Below are positions 1 to 12,662 of a DNA stretch of 44,406 bases, piece after piece; the stretch's first letter is position 1, and each line of letters begins with the position of its first letter. The stretch covers positions 20,002,201-20,046,606 of the forward strand of contig NC_068982.1 of NCBI RefSeq assembly GCF_001194135.2. Direction: 5' to 3'. Under the pieces are notes generated by a model. The model worked only from the letters and a program-made list of their open reading frames with translations. It searched no databases and was not told the DNA's origin. The stretch is from Octopus bimaculoides (Eukaryota). The position numbers and the translations under genes are program-made.

Positions 1-224
1 ATGTAGGAGTTTTTAAATCAAAGATGGACCTCTTCCTATCGAGAGTCCCAGATGAACCTACCTCGCGGCAGGAGGTGCAAATGAGGGTTGCTAAATCAAA
101 CTCCATTCTTCACTAAGTGCCACATATTGTAAGAGGCTCCCTGTAATAACACTGTAGCAACACGGTGGTGCATCAGCATGGCCGCAGCTCCAAGCTGAAA
201 CTTTAAAAAAAAACAAAAAAAAAA
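1..224 (+). mobile_element. 3' terminus of a CR1-group LINE with A-rich tail (cut by window start)
   Basis: Translates as VGVFKSKMDLFLSRVPDEPTSRQEVQMRVAKSNS, typical of the CR1-group C-terminus (FK..LD.FL..VPD.P....R...SNS). About 86% identical over ~88 nt to 44014-44101 (hand alignment). Ends GGTGGTGCATCAGCATGGCCGCAG..GCTGAAAC followed by an A-run at 205-224. Confidence 0.7.
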
Positions 225-1096
225 CGTAATAATAAAAAATATAAAAAATATGAATGAAAAAATTATGAATAGAAAAATTATGAAAAAAAAAAAAATATAT
301 ATATATATACACATAACTTCTGTACATGTGCAACAAAACTAGAATTTACGCAGCCTTAAAAATGAGGAGTACCGGTGGTATATCTATTTAAAACAGCAAT
401 TCGGCACACAAGCAATAGATTTGATGCTATTTTGTTCAGCGAAATAGGGTGGAAATGTCATGTACTAATGTAGAGGTCAATTCCCATCGGATTTGAGTGT
501 GTCATTTAAAGTTCGATAAAAGCAAAACATTTGTGGTAAAATAAGCAAAACTTACAAATCATGTATCCAAACTGTAAATTATTCTGTCTGCCTGTGATCG
601 TCGGCCATATTGGTTTACGTAGCAAGAGATTTGCATAAAAAAGGGATCTGAATAAAATTAGGGTGCCCCAAGAAAGAATAAAGCAAGTAGATACGTATCC
701 TACAAATCAATAGCATAGAAAGGATATTAACGTTCATATTTATCTCACAGCGAGGATTAGTAATATTTAAGTAGATTTCAGTTCTACTGATTTAAGCTGT
801 GTTGTGCATAAAGTAGATATTGCTTCATTAATGGCGAGGTATCAAAAGTACAACTATGTTAATAAAGCTATCTATTTTGGTGCCTGCCAAGTTGTGGATG
901 GCTTTACATGGCTACTGATTTGTGTTAGTATTTGTGGAACGGTTCTGGGTACATCTTCCCTGAGGAACAGGCAGCAAATTGTGAAAGCTCGTCGTCAAAA
1001 GAATCCATCCAATATTTTCACCAAAACTTAGTTGGCTTAGTCTATTTGAGATTACATGATCTTTTGCGTCTCACTAATCTGAATAAAGTATATTAA

Positions 1097-1098
<2 letters not shown>

Positions 1099-1171
<73 letters not shown>

Positions 1172-1230
1172 CTATATGTCTGTCTGTCTTTGTCTCTTTC
1201 TATATCTCCTCACTCTCTCTCTCTCTCTTT
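1099..1230. repeat. (CT)n / (CTAT)n compound microsatellite
   Basis: Directly visible. Confidence 0.95.
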
Positions 1231-1449
1231 CTACACACAAGCTTTTTATTAAATACATGACTATGATCAAGGTTTAGCTTTTTGTACTAGATATTTCGTA
1301 TTATCTTATTAGCTCATATTTCAGTTGGTTTCGATCTATTGTATTCCTAAATTCATATTCAGCATTTCCAGAAATTCACAGCCGCATTTCCAAGAACTAA
1401 ATGCATATAACGTATGTATTGTTTTTTATATACTGGTTAATCTGTGTAG

Positions 1450-1821
1450 GGAGGTGCAATGGTCCAGTGGTTAGGGCAGCGGACTCGAGGTCATAGGATC
1501 GCGGTTTCGATTCCCAGACCGGGCGTTGTGAGTGTTTATTGAGTGAAAACACCTTAAGCTCCATGAGGCTCCGGCAGGGGATGGTGGCGAACCCTACTGT
1601 ACTCTTTCACCACAACTTTCTCTCACTCTTACCTCCTGTTTCGGTTGTGCCTGTAATTTCGGTTGTGCCTGTGTCACGCTGAATATCCCCGAGAACTACG
1701 TTAAGGGTACACGTGTCAGTGGAGTGCTCAGCCACTTGCACGTTAATTTCACGAGCAGGCTGTTCCGTTGATCGGATCAACTGGAACCCTCAACGTCGTA
1801 AGCAACGGAGTGCCAACAACA
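1450..1821 (+). mobile_element. Full-length tRNA-derived SINE with 11-bp target-site duplication
   Basis: Pol III A-box (TGGTCCAGTGG) and B-box (GGTTTCGATTCC) in the head; (CAA)n-like tail; exact TSD AATCTGTGTAG at 1439-1449 and 1822-1832. Confidence 0.9.
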
Positions 1822-3857
1822 AATCTGTGTAGACTTTCTGGCCGTAAGTTAATTTTTTGACCGTTAGCTTCCTGCATCTGCAATCACGTGTTGGTTTATG
1901 TCGTGGTTGAAATTTGACAATTAGGTTTTATATTTATTACAATATTGTTTATGTCAGTAGCCATGTGTTAAGTTTCTGATATGGTTGTGTGTTAGCTTTG
2001 ACATTGGAAGGCAATGAATATGGTTTTCATAATGAGTTTTCTATTTTTGTGTGGAATTTTATAATTGAATTTGAAATCGCCTACCGTGTGGCTTATAATA
2101 CGTATTATCGGGGATATGTGATAATTACATTTACCGAGCAAATATCGATAACAATTTCGTGGACTATATAGTATAGGAATCCTGGAACATACGTGTACGC
2201 CTGATGAAGAAAAGACATGTACATTATTATATAAGCGAAAGTATATCCACACACATACCAACATGGAAGCACTCGCTAAGTTACTAAAATACTCACAAAT
2301 ATAAAGGAGTAATTGTCATTTACACAGATAAGGTTAAAGATCCTTCTGGGCCAACTTCACAATCCACTTTTATTTCTCTTGGGAATGGATGTATTTTTTA
2401 TTCAGTTGAGTAGATCACGAACTTGGCAAAATATACACATTAAATATATTTCACAATGTACGTGAAAAACAAATTGTCATAAGTATAAAGAACTAAGCAA
2501 TACGGCAAATATATTAATAGTTACAGCGTAAACAATATGAGTAAAGGATAGTGTCTTATTACAGTTGGTTGTCGAGTATAGGATGATAAACAGACATAGC
2601 ACAAGGTATAAAATCATGTATAAAACAGCTAATAAAATATACCATGCTTTTCGTGTCAGTTTCACATTATATTACTGCAGCATGTAAAACTGTTCAATAT
2701 ATCAAGAAAACACAAACCTGATACAGTGGGTTATAATAAATAAATATTCAATTATAGCAAATTACTATCTTTATTAAATCTAATCAGAAAAAAAAAATAT
2801 ATAGTCAATCTAGAAATGAGAAAGTTATTCTTTGTACGTCTAACTGTGAGGTATATTTAGTTTCTTATTCGCAGAATATCAGCAGATAAATAACGAGGTG
2901 AAGACTTGTTTTTTTCTGAACCAGCAAAGCGTCAAGAAATTGTGAGTATTTTAACGACTTGGTGTGTGCCTATATGTCGTATGTAACGGTGTGTGCTTAT
3001 TTCTTATGTGTGGGTGTGTATGTAAATACACTTACAAAATAAGTCTTTTGTGCGTGTGTCAGTGCGTGTACTGGTACTACTTATTAACTTCTGTATGCAA
3101 TATATACAATTTACGATGTGAATTTGCTCAGTCCAGTAAGTTTGAATGTACAATGGTTGTAAAAATGTAGAATACTTCACTGTACCGCTTTATTCGCCCA
3201 TCTGTGTCTTTGATGGCAAGTCATTAATTAGACAATATTTATGTTATATAAAATACAACGTAACTGAAAAGAAGAGAATCAAATTTAAATATTATAGTGC
3301 TTCACTTTCGGTTAAATAAGATTCTAAAATCATTTCTTCTATGCTACTGATGGGTGGGAAAATTCGGGAGTCTCATGGTGGCACTTTTCACGGTTTGATG
3401 AACACTTCTGAGAGAAAACGTACCAGATTTCCTGTTCCAGTCAATAGCACAGATCATTTGTTATATAAGGTAATTTTTACATAAGTAAGCATACAGAGTA
3501 TAGCTTAATTTGCATTTTTGTGATTTTGACATCTCTGTATTAATTATGAAATAGCCATTTTACACATAGCAAAGAGAAAAAGAGGCAATCATACTAAAAA
3601 ATGAAAATTAGGCTGTCTACAACTTTCCCAGTCAAGTTGATAAGCGTTTTACCTAGCAGCTGATCTATGATATTGGTTTGTGGAGTATTCCACATATATT
3701 TCTTTTAGGAAGAAACATCGAAATGGAAACGATCCGACAGGAGACTTCATCTTTTTTTTGCACATAAATACCAATAAAAGGATATTGCATAAATAGTAAC
3801 AAGCTGTCAAAATCAGGCATCTAGTCTATCCATGCAAGTTAATAACTTCAAGCAGAA

Positions 3858-4044
<187 letters not shown>

Positions 4045-4119
4045 TCTGCACACAAGATGTTCGGGATAAATTTGACAGTTTGCATAAAAGGAATACAATA
4101 TCCCAACCAAACAAAGTAA

Positions 4120-4900
4120 AAGTATTTTTAAAATATCAAAAAAATATCAACTAGGTGATGGCTGGGTGATAACAGTTTATTCAAAACAGCCGCCCTCAGC
4201 TTCTCCGCAGACTCATGATGGCTGCGGAAATTGGTGTATGTGTTTTTCATTGTGTCCATGAGATCTTCGAACACCTTGATCTTGGCCGCCAGGTCGGCTT
4301 TAGTGTTGCAGTCAGAACGGTTTGTGTCTTACGTAACCATGCAACATACAAGATATTACAATCAGTGGAATTAAGGAGATCAGAATTTGGGGCGGGTGAA
4401 ATTGTAGGGAATCCTCAGACAACTACTGACATTTTCCGAAGTGTACGGCACGGAGCCGAGTCCTGCTGCCACACATGTGGCCTACCAGCAGCAACCGTCT
4501 CCAGTCAGGGTTTGACCAAAGTCTCCAAAAGTTTCCTATAACCGTTTGAATTGAGCCTAAGGCCATGTTCAAAACTCCGGGGAATCATGACGTCACTCTC
4601 ACTGAAAAAAACAAACACTTTAAAACAATTACATTCTAGGTGAACTTGGATTTTATGAGGTCCCTGCTGCGTCTCGCAGCCTTTACAGCATTTACAGAAC
4701 ATTGTGTAGCAGTGATGATGTCGGTAATTTTGACAGACAGCTCGATTCGTCATGATACTGGTAATCCTATTCCAATATTCAGATGACCTCCGGTCCTCTA
4801 TGCCAGTGACACTTTTTTAGCTTCAACTTTAATGAAGATACTCCAACGTTGTTGACTTTTCACTAAAACATTGTGTGTGTAATGTGTACAATGAAGTCGG
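4120..4900 (-). mobile_element. Decayed Tc1/mariner transposase, maT/DD37D-like
   Basis: Minus-strand translation with stops and frameshifts gives VFFSESDVMIPRSFEHGLRLNSNGYRKLLETLVKP*..VAAGRPHVWQQDSAPC, then CNTKADLAAKIKVFEDL. These match DD37D-type catalytic-domain motifs as I recall them. TIRs not identified. Confidence 0.8.
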
Positions 4901-5142
4901 GCCAAGTAATATTTTAAATGAATTCAGTAAGTACGTTTCAGATAATTGCGCAATAAACACGAAAGGAATTTGATCGCTTACATAAAATCTTCCTCAATTA
5001 AGACATATGAATATAAGATAGGCTCAATAAGGAAGGGTTCTTTAAATGTGACGTAACGTTAAGGGCAAAACGTTTATTTTCTTTTCGGCATATAAAAGGA
5101 TGGTCGAGGACGAGCGATACATAGTTAGGTATAGAAACGTCT

Positions 5143-5143
<1 letters not shown>

Positions 5144-5185
<42 letters not shown>

Positions 5186-5352
5186 AAAATGGAGAGAAAG
5201 CGATCGAACGATAGAGAAGGAGTGAGAGAGATATAGAAACATACAGAGAGAAAAAGAGACAGAGAGGGAGATAGAGAGGCAGAGAGAGAGAGAGACACAC
5301 ACACACAGACAGAGAAAGAAAAGAGAAAGAGGAAGAGAAAGAGGGGAGACAG
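5144..5352. repeat. (CA)n followed by GA-rich low-complexity tract
   Basis: Directly visible; explains the ORFs at 4998-5396. Confidence 0.92.
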
Positions 5353-5636
5353 AGAAGTTTCCATCGAGCAAAATGTACGCACGTATTCGATTGCATGATG
5401 TTATATCAGAATATATTTGTTCAATGTGCTACGGTGCAGATATCGTCGAAGAACAATAATCTTAAGAACTGACCTTAACTACGCGACTTTGATCCTTTCT
5501 TTTTGTCCTTCTTCTCCTCCTCCTGTGAGTATAGTTTGTTTTAGGCAGTATGCCCCAGCATGGTCAATCTCTTACCGAACACCAGTAGCAGTGACACTAA
5601 CAAACACATACTCATAATATTGTTTGTATACTTATA

Positions 5637-5711
5637 CCTACCTACCTACCTACCTACCTACCTACCTACCTACCTACCTACATACATACATACATGCATG
5701 CATGCATGCAT
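5637..5711. repeat. (CCTA)n-(CATA)n-(CATG)n tetranucleotide repeats
   Basis: Directly visible. Confidence 0.95.
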
Positions 5712-6230
5712 AATCTCAAAAAAGTATATTCACCAAAAGAAGCTAATGCTGTCTGTTTGGTGGTCTAGCGCTGGTGTCATCTACTACAGCTTCATGAGAC
5801 CTGGTAAGTCAATTACAGCGGACGTATGCATCAACCAATTGGATGAAATGATGAGTGAACTTGCAATTAAAGAACCGCGATTGGTCAATAGAGACAAGTC
5901 AATTCTCATGCAAGACACTGCTCGACCACATGTTGCACAAAGAACTATACTCAAGTTACAGGAACTGAACCGGGAAGTACTCTGTCATGCACCTATTCAC
6001 TAGACATTGCACCAACTAAGTATCGCGTTTTTCAGGCATTAGACAACTTTTTGCGAGGAAAAAACGTCAGAACTGAAGACGATGCAAAAAAAAAAAACAG
6101 TTTTTCTTGCTCCCCATAATTCTTCGCTACTGGCATAAATAAGCTATCGATAAAATGGCAAAATTGTGTCGATAATTTAGGTGCATACTTTGAGTAACTG
6201 GATTGATTTTTGTTGAGATAAGTTAAAGTA
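5710..6230 (+). mobile_element. Decayed mariner (DD34D-type) transposase, C-terminal half
   Basis: ORF 5560-6003 contains HQKKLMLSVWWSSAGVIYYSFMRPGKSITADVCINQLDEM...LVNRDKSILMQDTARPHVA (the mariner HDNARPH motif). It continues after stops and frameshifts as IAPTKYRVFQALDNFLRGK...KWQNCVDNLGAYFE*. Confidence 0.9.
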
Positions 6231-6245
6231 AACGGGGCTGATTCA

Positions 6246-6255
6246 TCTCTCTCTC

Positions 6256-6293
<38 letters not shown>

Positions 6294-6313
6294 NNNNNNN
6301 NNNNNNNNNNNNN

Positions 6314-6358
<45 letters not shown>
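6246..6358. repeat. (CT)n(AT)n(CA)n - 20 N - (TG)n
   Basis: Directly visible; gap at 6294-6313. Confidence 0.95.
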
Positions 6359-6360
<2 letters not shown>

Positions 6361-7289
6361 GAGTGTTTGCATCGTTTGAAATCTATTTAAAAATTAATCG
6401 AATCTTTCTATTTGTCTGCGAAATGATGTATCGAAGTTCTTGTGTACATATCATGATCACATAATTTAAATAGATTTTAAGATTAGTTTTCTGTTTCTTT
6501 AATTGAATGTTACCTATAACCTATTGACCTTTTAAATTTGCCTTTAATAATAAGCTAAATTTGTGCGAACTGTCTTTATTTCTGGTCGCACTTCAGATCT
6601 TTTACACCAGGGGAATCGACTGAACGAAATATATTAATGTTTATCTTGAAATGAGGGTCAATTTATTAGTGAAAACTATTTATTTTACACTATAAAGTAT
6701 TTATTTGTAAGAAAATGTAAATAAATCTACACTACTGGGATTTAAATTTTATTACAATATAACAATAAACGAAACGTACTAATACCTAATTGAACAAGTG
6801 AAATTTAACCTACGTATATACATATAACCTATGTATTCCATGCGGTATTTGAAGATACAAACGGTGGTCTCGGATTAATTTTGTTGCATTCATGCATTAT
6901 TTAATTATTTTTATTTTTCTTGTGTCCTTTTCCAAAATATTTGCACAAATAATTGTAGTCAAAAGCATGAACCGATTCATTTATTTGCTATTATAAATTG
7001 ACTTTACTTGTGTATCTCATTCCGTTACTATTTGCACACGTAACACTGATACTTATTTACTTATATGAAGAGATGTAGATGAGAAAATACTCTCAGCTCT
7101 TGATTCATATGTTCAAATCTGCAGCAAATTGTTTACAACTTAAGCTATGCCATCGTCCGATCGCGAGTATAACCCACATATTTGTACCCCACATTCACTA
7201 ATTGTTTTCGGTGCGTCTTTCATCGCGTGGTGACTTTCGTTCCTATTCCAGTTTGGCCAGAGGAATATCGAGGATGTCTTGTTGGAGAT

Positions 7290-7460
7290 GGAAGATGTCC
7301 CAATAGTCAGCTGGTATTCCCTTTCAACTGAATCGACTACAGCAATGCGAAACGAAGTGCCTTGTTCAAGGTCACACGGTGCCTCCTTATTATATAAAAA
7401 AAAAAATCTACTACCTAATCGATTATGAGACTAATACTCTAACCACTTCGCTCCATACGT
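7290..7460 (-). mobile_element. Degenerate tRNA-derived SINE remnant
   Basis: Reverse complement has a decayed A-box (GAAGTGGTTAG) and GTGTGACCTTGAACAAGGCACTT, similar to the copy at 27590-27822. Confidence 0.5.
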
Positions 7461-8029
7461 TCATGCAGTAAGTACAGTCAATATGTATAGGATTATGAAC
7501 AGAGGATTTTATTCTACACTGATAAAAGACAGGGATTTTAAATCTCAGTAACAAGTGAAAGGATTAATTTAATTTTATCACACTCTTCAAAACTGCTATT
7601 TGTGTAAGACCCCTTGTAAGGAAAGGTAGGCGTTTCACTTTTCCTTATGATATGGCAATGTAAATTTTGCTTTGTTTTCATTAATAAATCATGAATTTGA
7701 TATAAAAACAAATACCAATTTATGTTGATTGATGTGTAGGGAAATATACTTAATTGTAAAATAACAGAGATTGAAAATAATATCAATTATGATACAGACA
7801 GAAACTTCTTACATTGCTTTCAGGAATGCGTGATGAACAAGTCATATTATCCTAGTTACTCTAAAATGATTAGTTTATCGATCTCCTACATGCTTCGCAA
7901 TCGATTTTTAAAATCCAGTTTCTTCCAATTCAAGCTACTCTTGGTCAGATTGCATTTCAGTTTCTGTTTCGAAATGTAGAAATTATCACAGATTTTCTAG
8001 AAACTTATAAAACAAAGAGATACCCCACC

Positions 8030-9030
8030 ACCACATTACTGATCTCAAACATTCTATGTGACCTACAAGAGGGAGATTTGTAACGTGCTGTTGGATAACG
8101 GTGGATGGTAAAATCTCCATATTTTGTTATTCGGTACCCGTGATTTAGAACTGTCAATGTTTGTCATCGTCCTCATCAATGAAGATTTTCTATAGAATCC
8201 AGCGGAACATACCGAAATCAGAGAATACAAATCTGTGGCCGGAATGCAAGTCGGTTTCAAACATGCAAGCATTCCACCAGTTCAGGGTAAAGTAGACCAC
8301 ATCTAATTTTGTAAAAGTTTGGACAACGTATTCAAAGCAATAGAAGAGCGTCGATTTATATGTTGCTGCCCCGTCTACTATCGTCTCAGTGACACCTAGT
8401 GGAAAGTAACACATTAAAGATCGCTTGGTACCCAGGAGGATAACGAATTTCTCTGAATCAGGGTTTTATTTAGGATATGTGAAGGACGCCTTTAGTGTTG
8501 CTGGACTACATTAGATATTTTCGAACTTTAACGTTTCTTCACAGCAAAAGACTATATTGACTCATAACCTTTTCGTTTCGAATTGACAAGCTGCATCTTG
8601 GATGACTGAAAAACTTACTGGTAAAATTGATGTCACATACAAGCTTAGTCGCCTTAAAATGGGGAATATCGCAATCTAACAAAATACCTGCTGCTCTTGG
8701 GTGTGCTTTCTTTTCAAACATAGTGGTGGAAACATTCCGCGACCTTGAATCACGCACGATCAGTCAACTTAGTTTGAATACGTTCGATATTACGCAAGGA
8801 CGAGGCTGTGCTACTTGGAAATACTTTTCTATGTGCATAACCCACACCATTCTTAAAGGATAACTTAGTCTTTCTATGTCCAGAAATGAAGGAATCTGTT
8901 TAATTGTTTTACCTATACCATAAATATCGACCATCGCCATTGTGAAACACACCAATGAAGGATCTAATAGGCTGTAGAACCAACATCTCTCAACAACCAT
9001 ACATTTCCTTATCGACCCAACAAAATTTTG
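8030..9030 (+). mobile_element. Very old LINE reverse-transcriptase remnant (RTE-like)
   Basis: Across shifting frames, weak RT motifs occur in the expected order: YK-GD, GKISI, GMQVGF..VDHI, LLDYIRYFRTL (cf. F.DF.KAFD), NTFDITQGRG (cf. F.I..GVRQG), NEGI. Many stops. Confidence 0.45.
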
Positions 9031-12000
9031 GCATAATTAAGGTAACTTTGAAGTTCAATGTGAGAATTAGAATCATTATTAAGAAGAAAGATTATGTTGA
9101 TTTACATACAATGCTCTGCTCATGTTTTCCATATTTGTCTCTTAACAGTTGTGCTATTCTTAAAACGAAAAGGTTACGATGCAATATAATTTCAAAACGA
9201 AAAGATTGAAACCCTGCTTCAGAAAAACTTAAGAATTCTATAATTAAGTTATCTACTATTCCTATAAAATATAGAAATGAATATATTAGGTTACAACACT
9301 TAAAATTTTAAATCTAAAAGAACTTACGATAAAAGTAGATAAATAAGAATTATAGAATATTATATAATACATGCTACAGACTATGAAATATACAAGTAAG
9401 CACATAGAACGTAGCTGATAGTCATAAATTTGAAGAAGTCACTGCTCTTCAATAGACCGAAATTTTGAGAGATGGAACCTCAAAACTATCTATATATATT
9501 TTGTCTCAGATTATTGTTTGATTAGCGAGCCTTTATTTTATAGTTACGTGAATAGCGGGCTTTGATTCGAGGCTCATGCGAGAGTGATTATATAATTTAT
9601 AATTTTAATGTTATGAATTCTAACCTAGAACTTTGCAGTATCACATTTCTAAAATGTCTTTCAACAATTCACATCAAGAGCATTAACATTAGCAGATATT
9701 TGGCAGTTATTATTTTAGTATTCATCTAGATTTAATATTCATTTAATTATACATTTTACTTTGTTTAATTAGATAACAGAGGAAGCAGAAATAATTGGAA
9801 TTTCATAAATGGCTGAAATCCAAGAATTAATGTTTCAGAATTCTTTCACAGGATTAGCTTTGAGACTTGATTCAGTCTGTTAACTTGCTGATTGGTGCTA
9901 AAATCGTCTGACATTTTAGGTCACTATTATCCTGTTTGTTTAATCTTATGTAATCTAGAATATTAAACCCCATTATACAATGCCGTTGTCATATGAACAG
10001 ATACTGCCCTTTTAAGTTCGTATTTTATTTTCTGTTTAATACGAGGGCAACATGACATAATCGAAATAAATCAATATAATTCACTGAAGAAAGAACGTGA
10101 CATAATAAAAGGTTGAAATGTTATCAATATCAAAGGCTTGCATCTTTATCTCCTCACGGGTGTATGAAAGGAAATGAAAAAGGTCGGGAAAATGCACATT
10201 ATTGTTAAATTGATGTAAAGATACTGAATATATTTTCTAAAATTCATTCAAGCATGTTTGAATATATAATTAAAATGCATTCAGATAATGGCTCAGGAGG
10301 GAAAAAATCATTAATATGTTTTTTAATGTACTCTCGAAAAGAAATTTATAAAAAAATAATATTGACTAACAAATTCTTAACAATATTTTATCGGAAGTAT
10401 ATAAGAATATGGGAAGAGAGGACATTTGTGTTTCTTCGAAGGAAACTTGAAATAGAAAAGAATGCAGTTTCAATATGATATCATGGCTGTTCTTTTGTTA
10501 TGTTTTATTTACTTTTTATTTCATTTTATTCTTAGATTCATGGAGACGATTACGCGAATAATCATCATCGGTAATATAAATTTTTATAACTACAGCAACT
10601 TGTTTAAACAATACACCAGCACATGATGCGAAGAATGTTGGTCTGAAAATAGGAACAAAGTCACAGATATTGTTGGCGAGTTATATTTACTTATCACACC
10701 CTCTACACAAGGCTGAAATTCATGTTATCGACGTAGACAGAGGAAATATAACGATTATACTTGAATACATTATACGACATCTGAATGCAAAATACGAAGA
10801 ATCTTCAGTAAATAGTATGAAGTGCCTGATTGGAGAATATTATTCGCTATTACGCTCACCTACAAAGTACATACAAAGTACATATTAAACAGAGAAGGGT
10901 GTGAATGGGATAGACATTTAGATGTGCATAACGCCCCCAAAGCCTTAGTGATATTAATTAAAACGGCAATCAATATATGTTAGCTATTATCTACAATTGT
11001 TCGTAATCCATAACCAAATGGCCGTTACAAATACGGTACCTATTTGCTAATAAATATATGGTGAAATTTTCTTGTAAATTTTCTGTTCAAAGTGTAGCAG
11101 TTACTTTTAAGGAATTGTACCCTTCTTATGAGAAAAGTAGGGCACTAATTTACATACATTTAAATTACTACTCACATATGTCTTCGATGTGAGTTCAGAT
11201 TTTGGTAGATAATCTTGTAATCTTTTAATGCAGTATTGATCGATAAAAGTGGGTTATGTTTGATATTTGCATTAACGAAGTCATCCATTATGTACTCTTA
11301 GTTATGCTGTCAATGGAGTGGCCGCAATAATCCGCAACATTGAAGTGGGTAAAAATCAAAGATTGCATTTTACGTTTAGATTTCATGATCAACACTGAAA
11401 CATACATAATGGAGAAAGGAAACTTTTCCATCCTTCATGGCTACTGTATGAGTTCATCATCAAATCACTTCATACTCACCATGTCTGTCCATCTAAGGAT
11501 AGCTATCTACTGCCCAAGGATACAGTCCACTGTTATAAGCAGTATTATTACATTTCGTCAGTCATGTATGGAACCTTCAGTCATTAGGCAGTGGTACAAT
11601 CAAGGCGAAATTGCACTCAATATGTTTCTAGAGAAAAACATTGCTTATTTATTTTTATATACAATATGACGTCACTAACATTAATATGGTATTGTAAAAT
11701 ATGAAATAGATAGTAAACTATGAAATCTCCGAAACCGTAAGAAAGTGAGCCTCGACGATCAGCGTAGCACGAATATGCATACTACGTCATTCAGAAAATG
11801 GAAAAAAAAATATCTACTGCTGTCAAATCACCATGATATGACTATTGTCAATTTCAGATATTGTATACAAGATAATATTACTTCTTTAACAACGGGGTTC
11901 TCATGTTTCAATAATAATACTGCAGAAAGTGAAACATTCAATCTGGCAGTTAAGGTAATTTCTTTTAGCATATAAGATCATAATCTGTTATCTCCGATTC

Positions 12001-12461
12001 ATATGTAGCGTACCGAAATTACCATGCATAAGCAGTATCTACTATATTCGGTCGGTTGTATAAACAACATACGTGGTCAAAAATATATGCTATGCATCCA
12101 TACCTTATGTGTATATGAATTGGTGCTCCTCTTGACCAAAAGAATACAAAATCCTTCACTGTATCATGCAGAACAGATATAAATATATACAGCTAAATTT
12201 AATCAAGTTTAATTAATATCCGGTTAGTAAACCATAAAACTGAAGAGTATCACGTCTGTCGTAAAAGTTTCGGACATTCATAAAAGAAATAATCTAAAAA
12301 GCAGTCATTTATTTTTCTTCTCTTTGTTACATCAATTTGAAGAATCAGCAATCCGACTCCATCAAAACTTTCATTGTTAGAAACAGACGAGGGGGCACCG
12401 AAATCAAGTCTTCATAAACATCAACACATTCTGCCAATGACGCTCTATGCTACTGTTTGGG

Positions 12462-12558
12462 TCTCTCCCTCTCTCTCCCACTCTCTCTCCCTCTCTCTCC
12501 CACTCTCTCTCCCTCTCTCTCCCACTCTATCTCCCTCTCTCTCCCACTCTCTCTCTCC
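12462..12558. repeat. 20-bp CT-rich minisatellite (CTCTCTCCCTCTCTCTCCCA) x ~4.5
   Basis: Regular CCCA interruption every 20 nt. Confidence 0.9.
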
Positions 12559-12584
12559 TGCTATACGTACGTAATACATATATA

Positions 12585-12662
12585 AATACATACATACCTA
12601 CGTACGTATGCATGTATGTATGTATGTAATGTATGTATGTATGTATGTATGTATGTATGTAT
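12585..12662. repeat. (CATA)n/(TATG)n microsatellite
   Basis: Directly visible; abuts the R4 fragment. Confidence 0.93.

Noticed and set aside
1450-1525. tRNA genes at SINE heads (also 26699-26766 and 37488-37554)
   Set aside because: A/B boxes are present, but there is no full cloverleaf and they continue into SINE bodies.
2477-2665. Hydrophobic 62-aa ORF resembling a membrane protein
   Set aside because: Non-ATG start, and T-rich DNA gives hydrophobic peptides by composition.
2875-2941. Plus-strand exon-like segment (TTCGCAG|...|GTGAGT), and another ending at the AAG|GTAATT donor near 3469
   Set aside because: Phases are incompatible with each other and the peptides are not recognisable.
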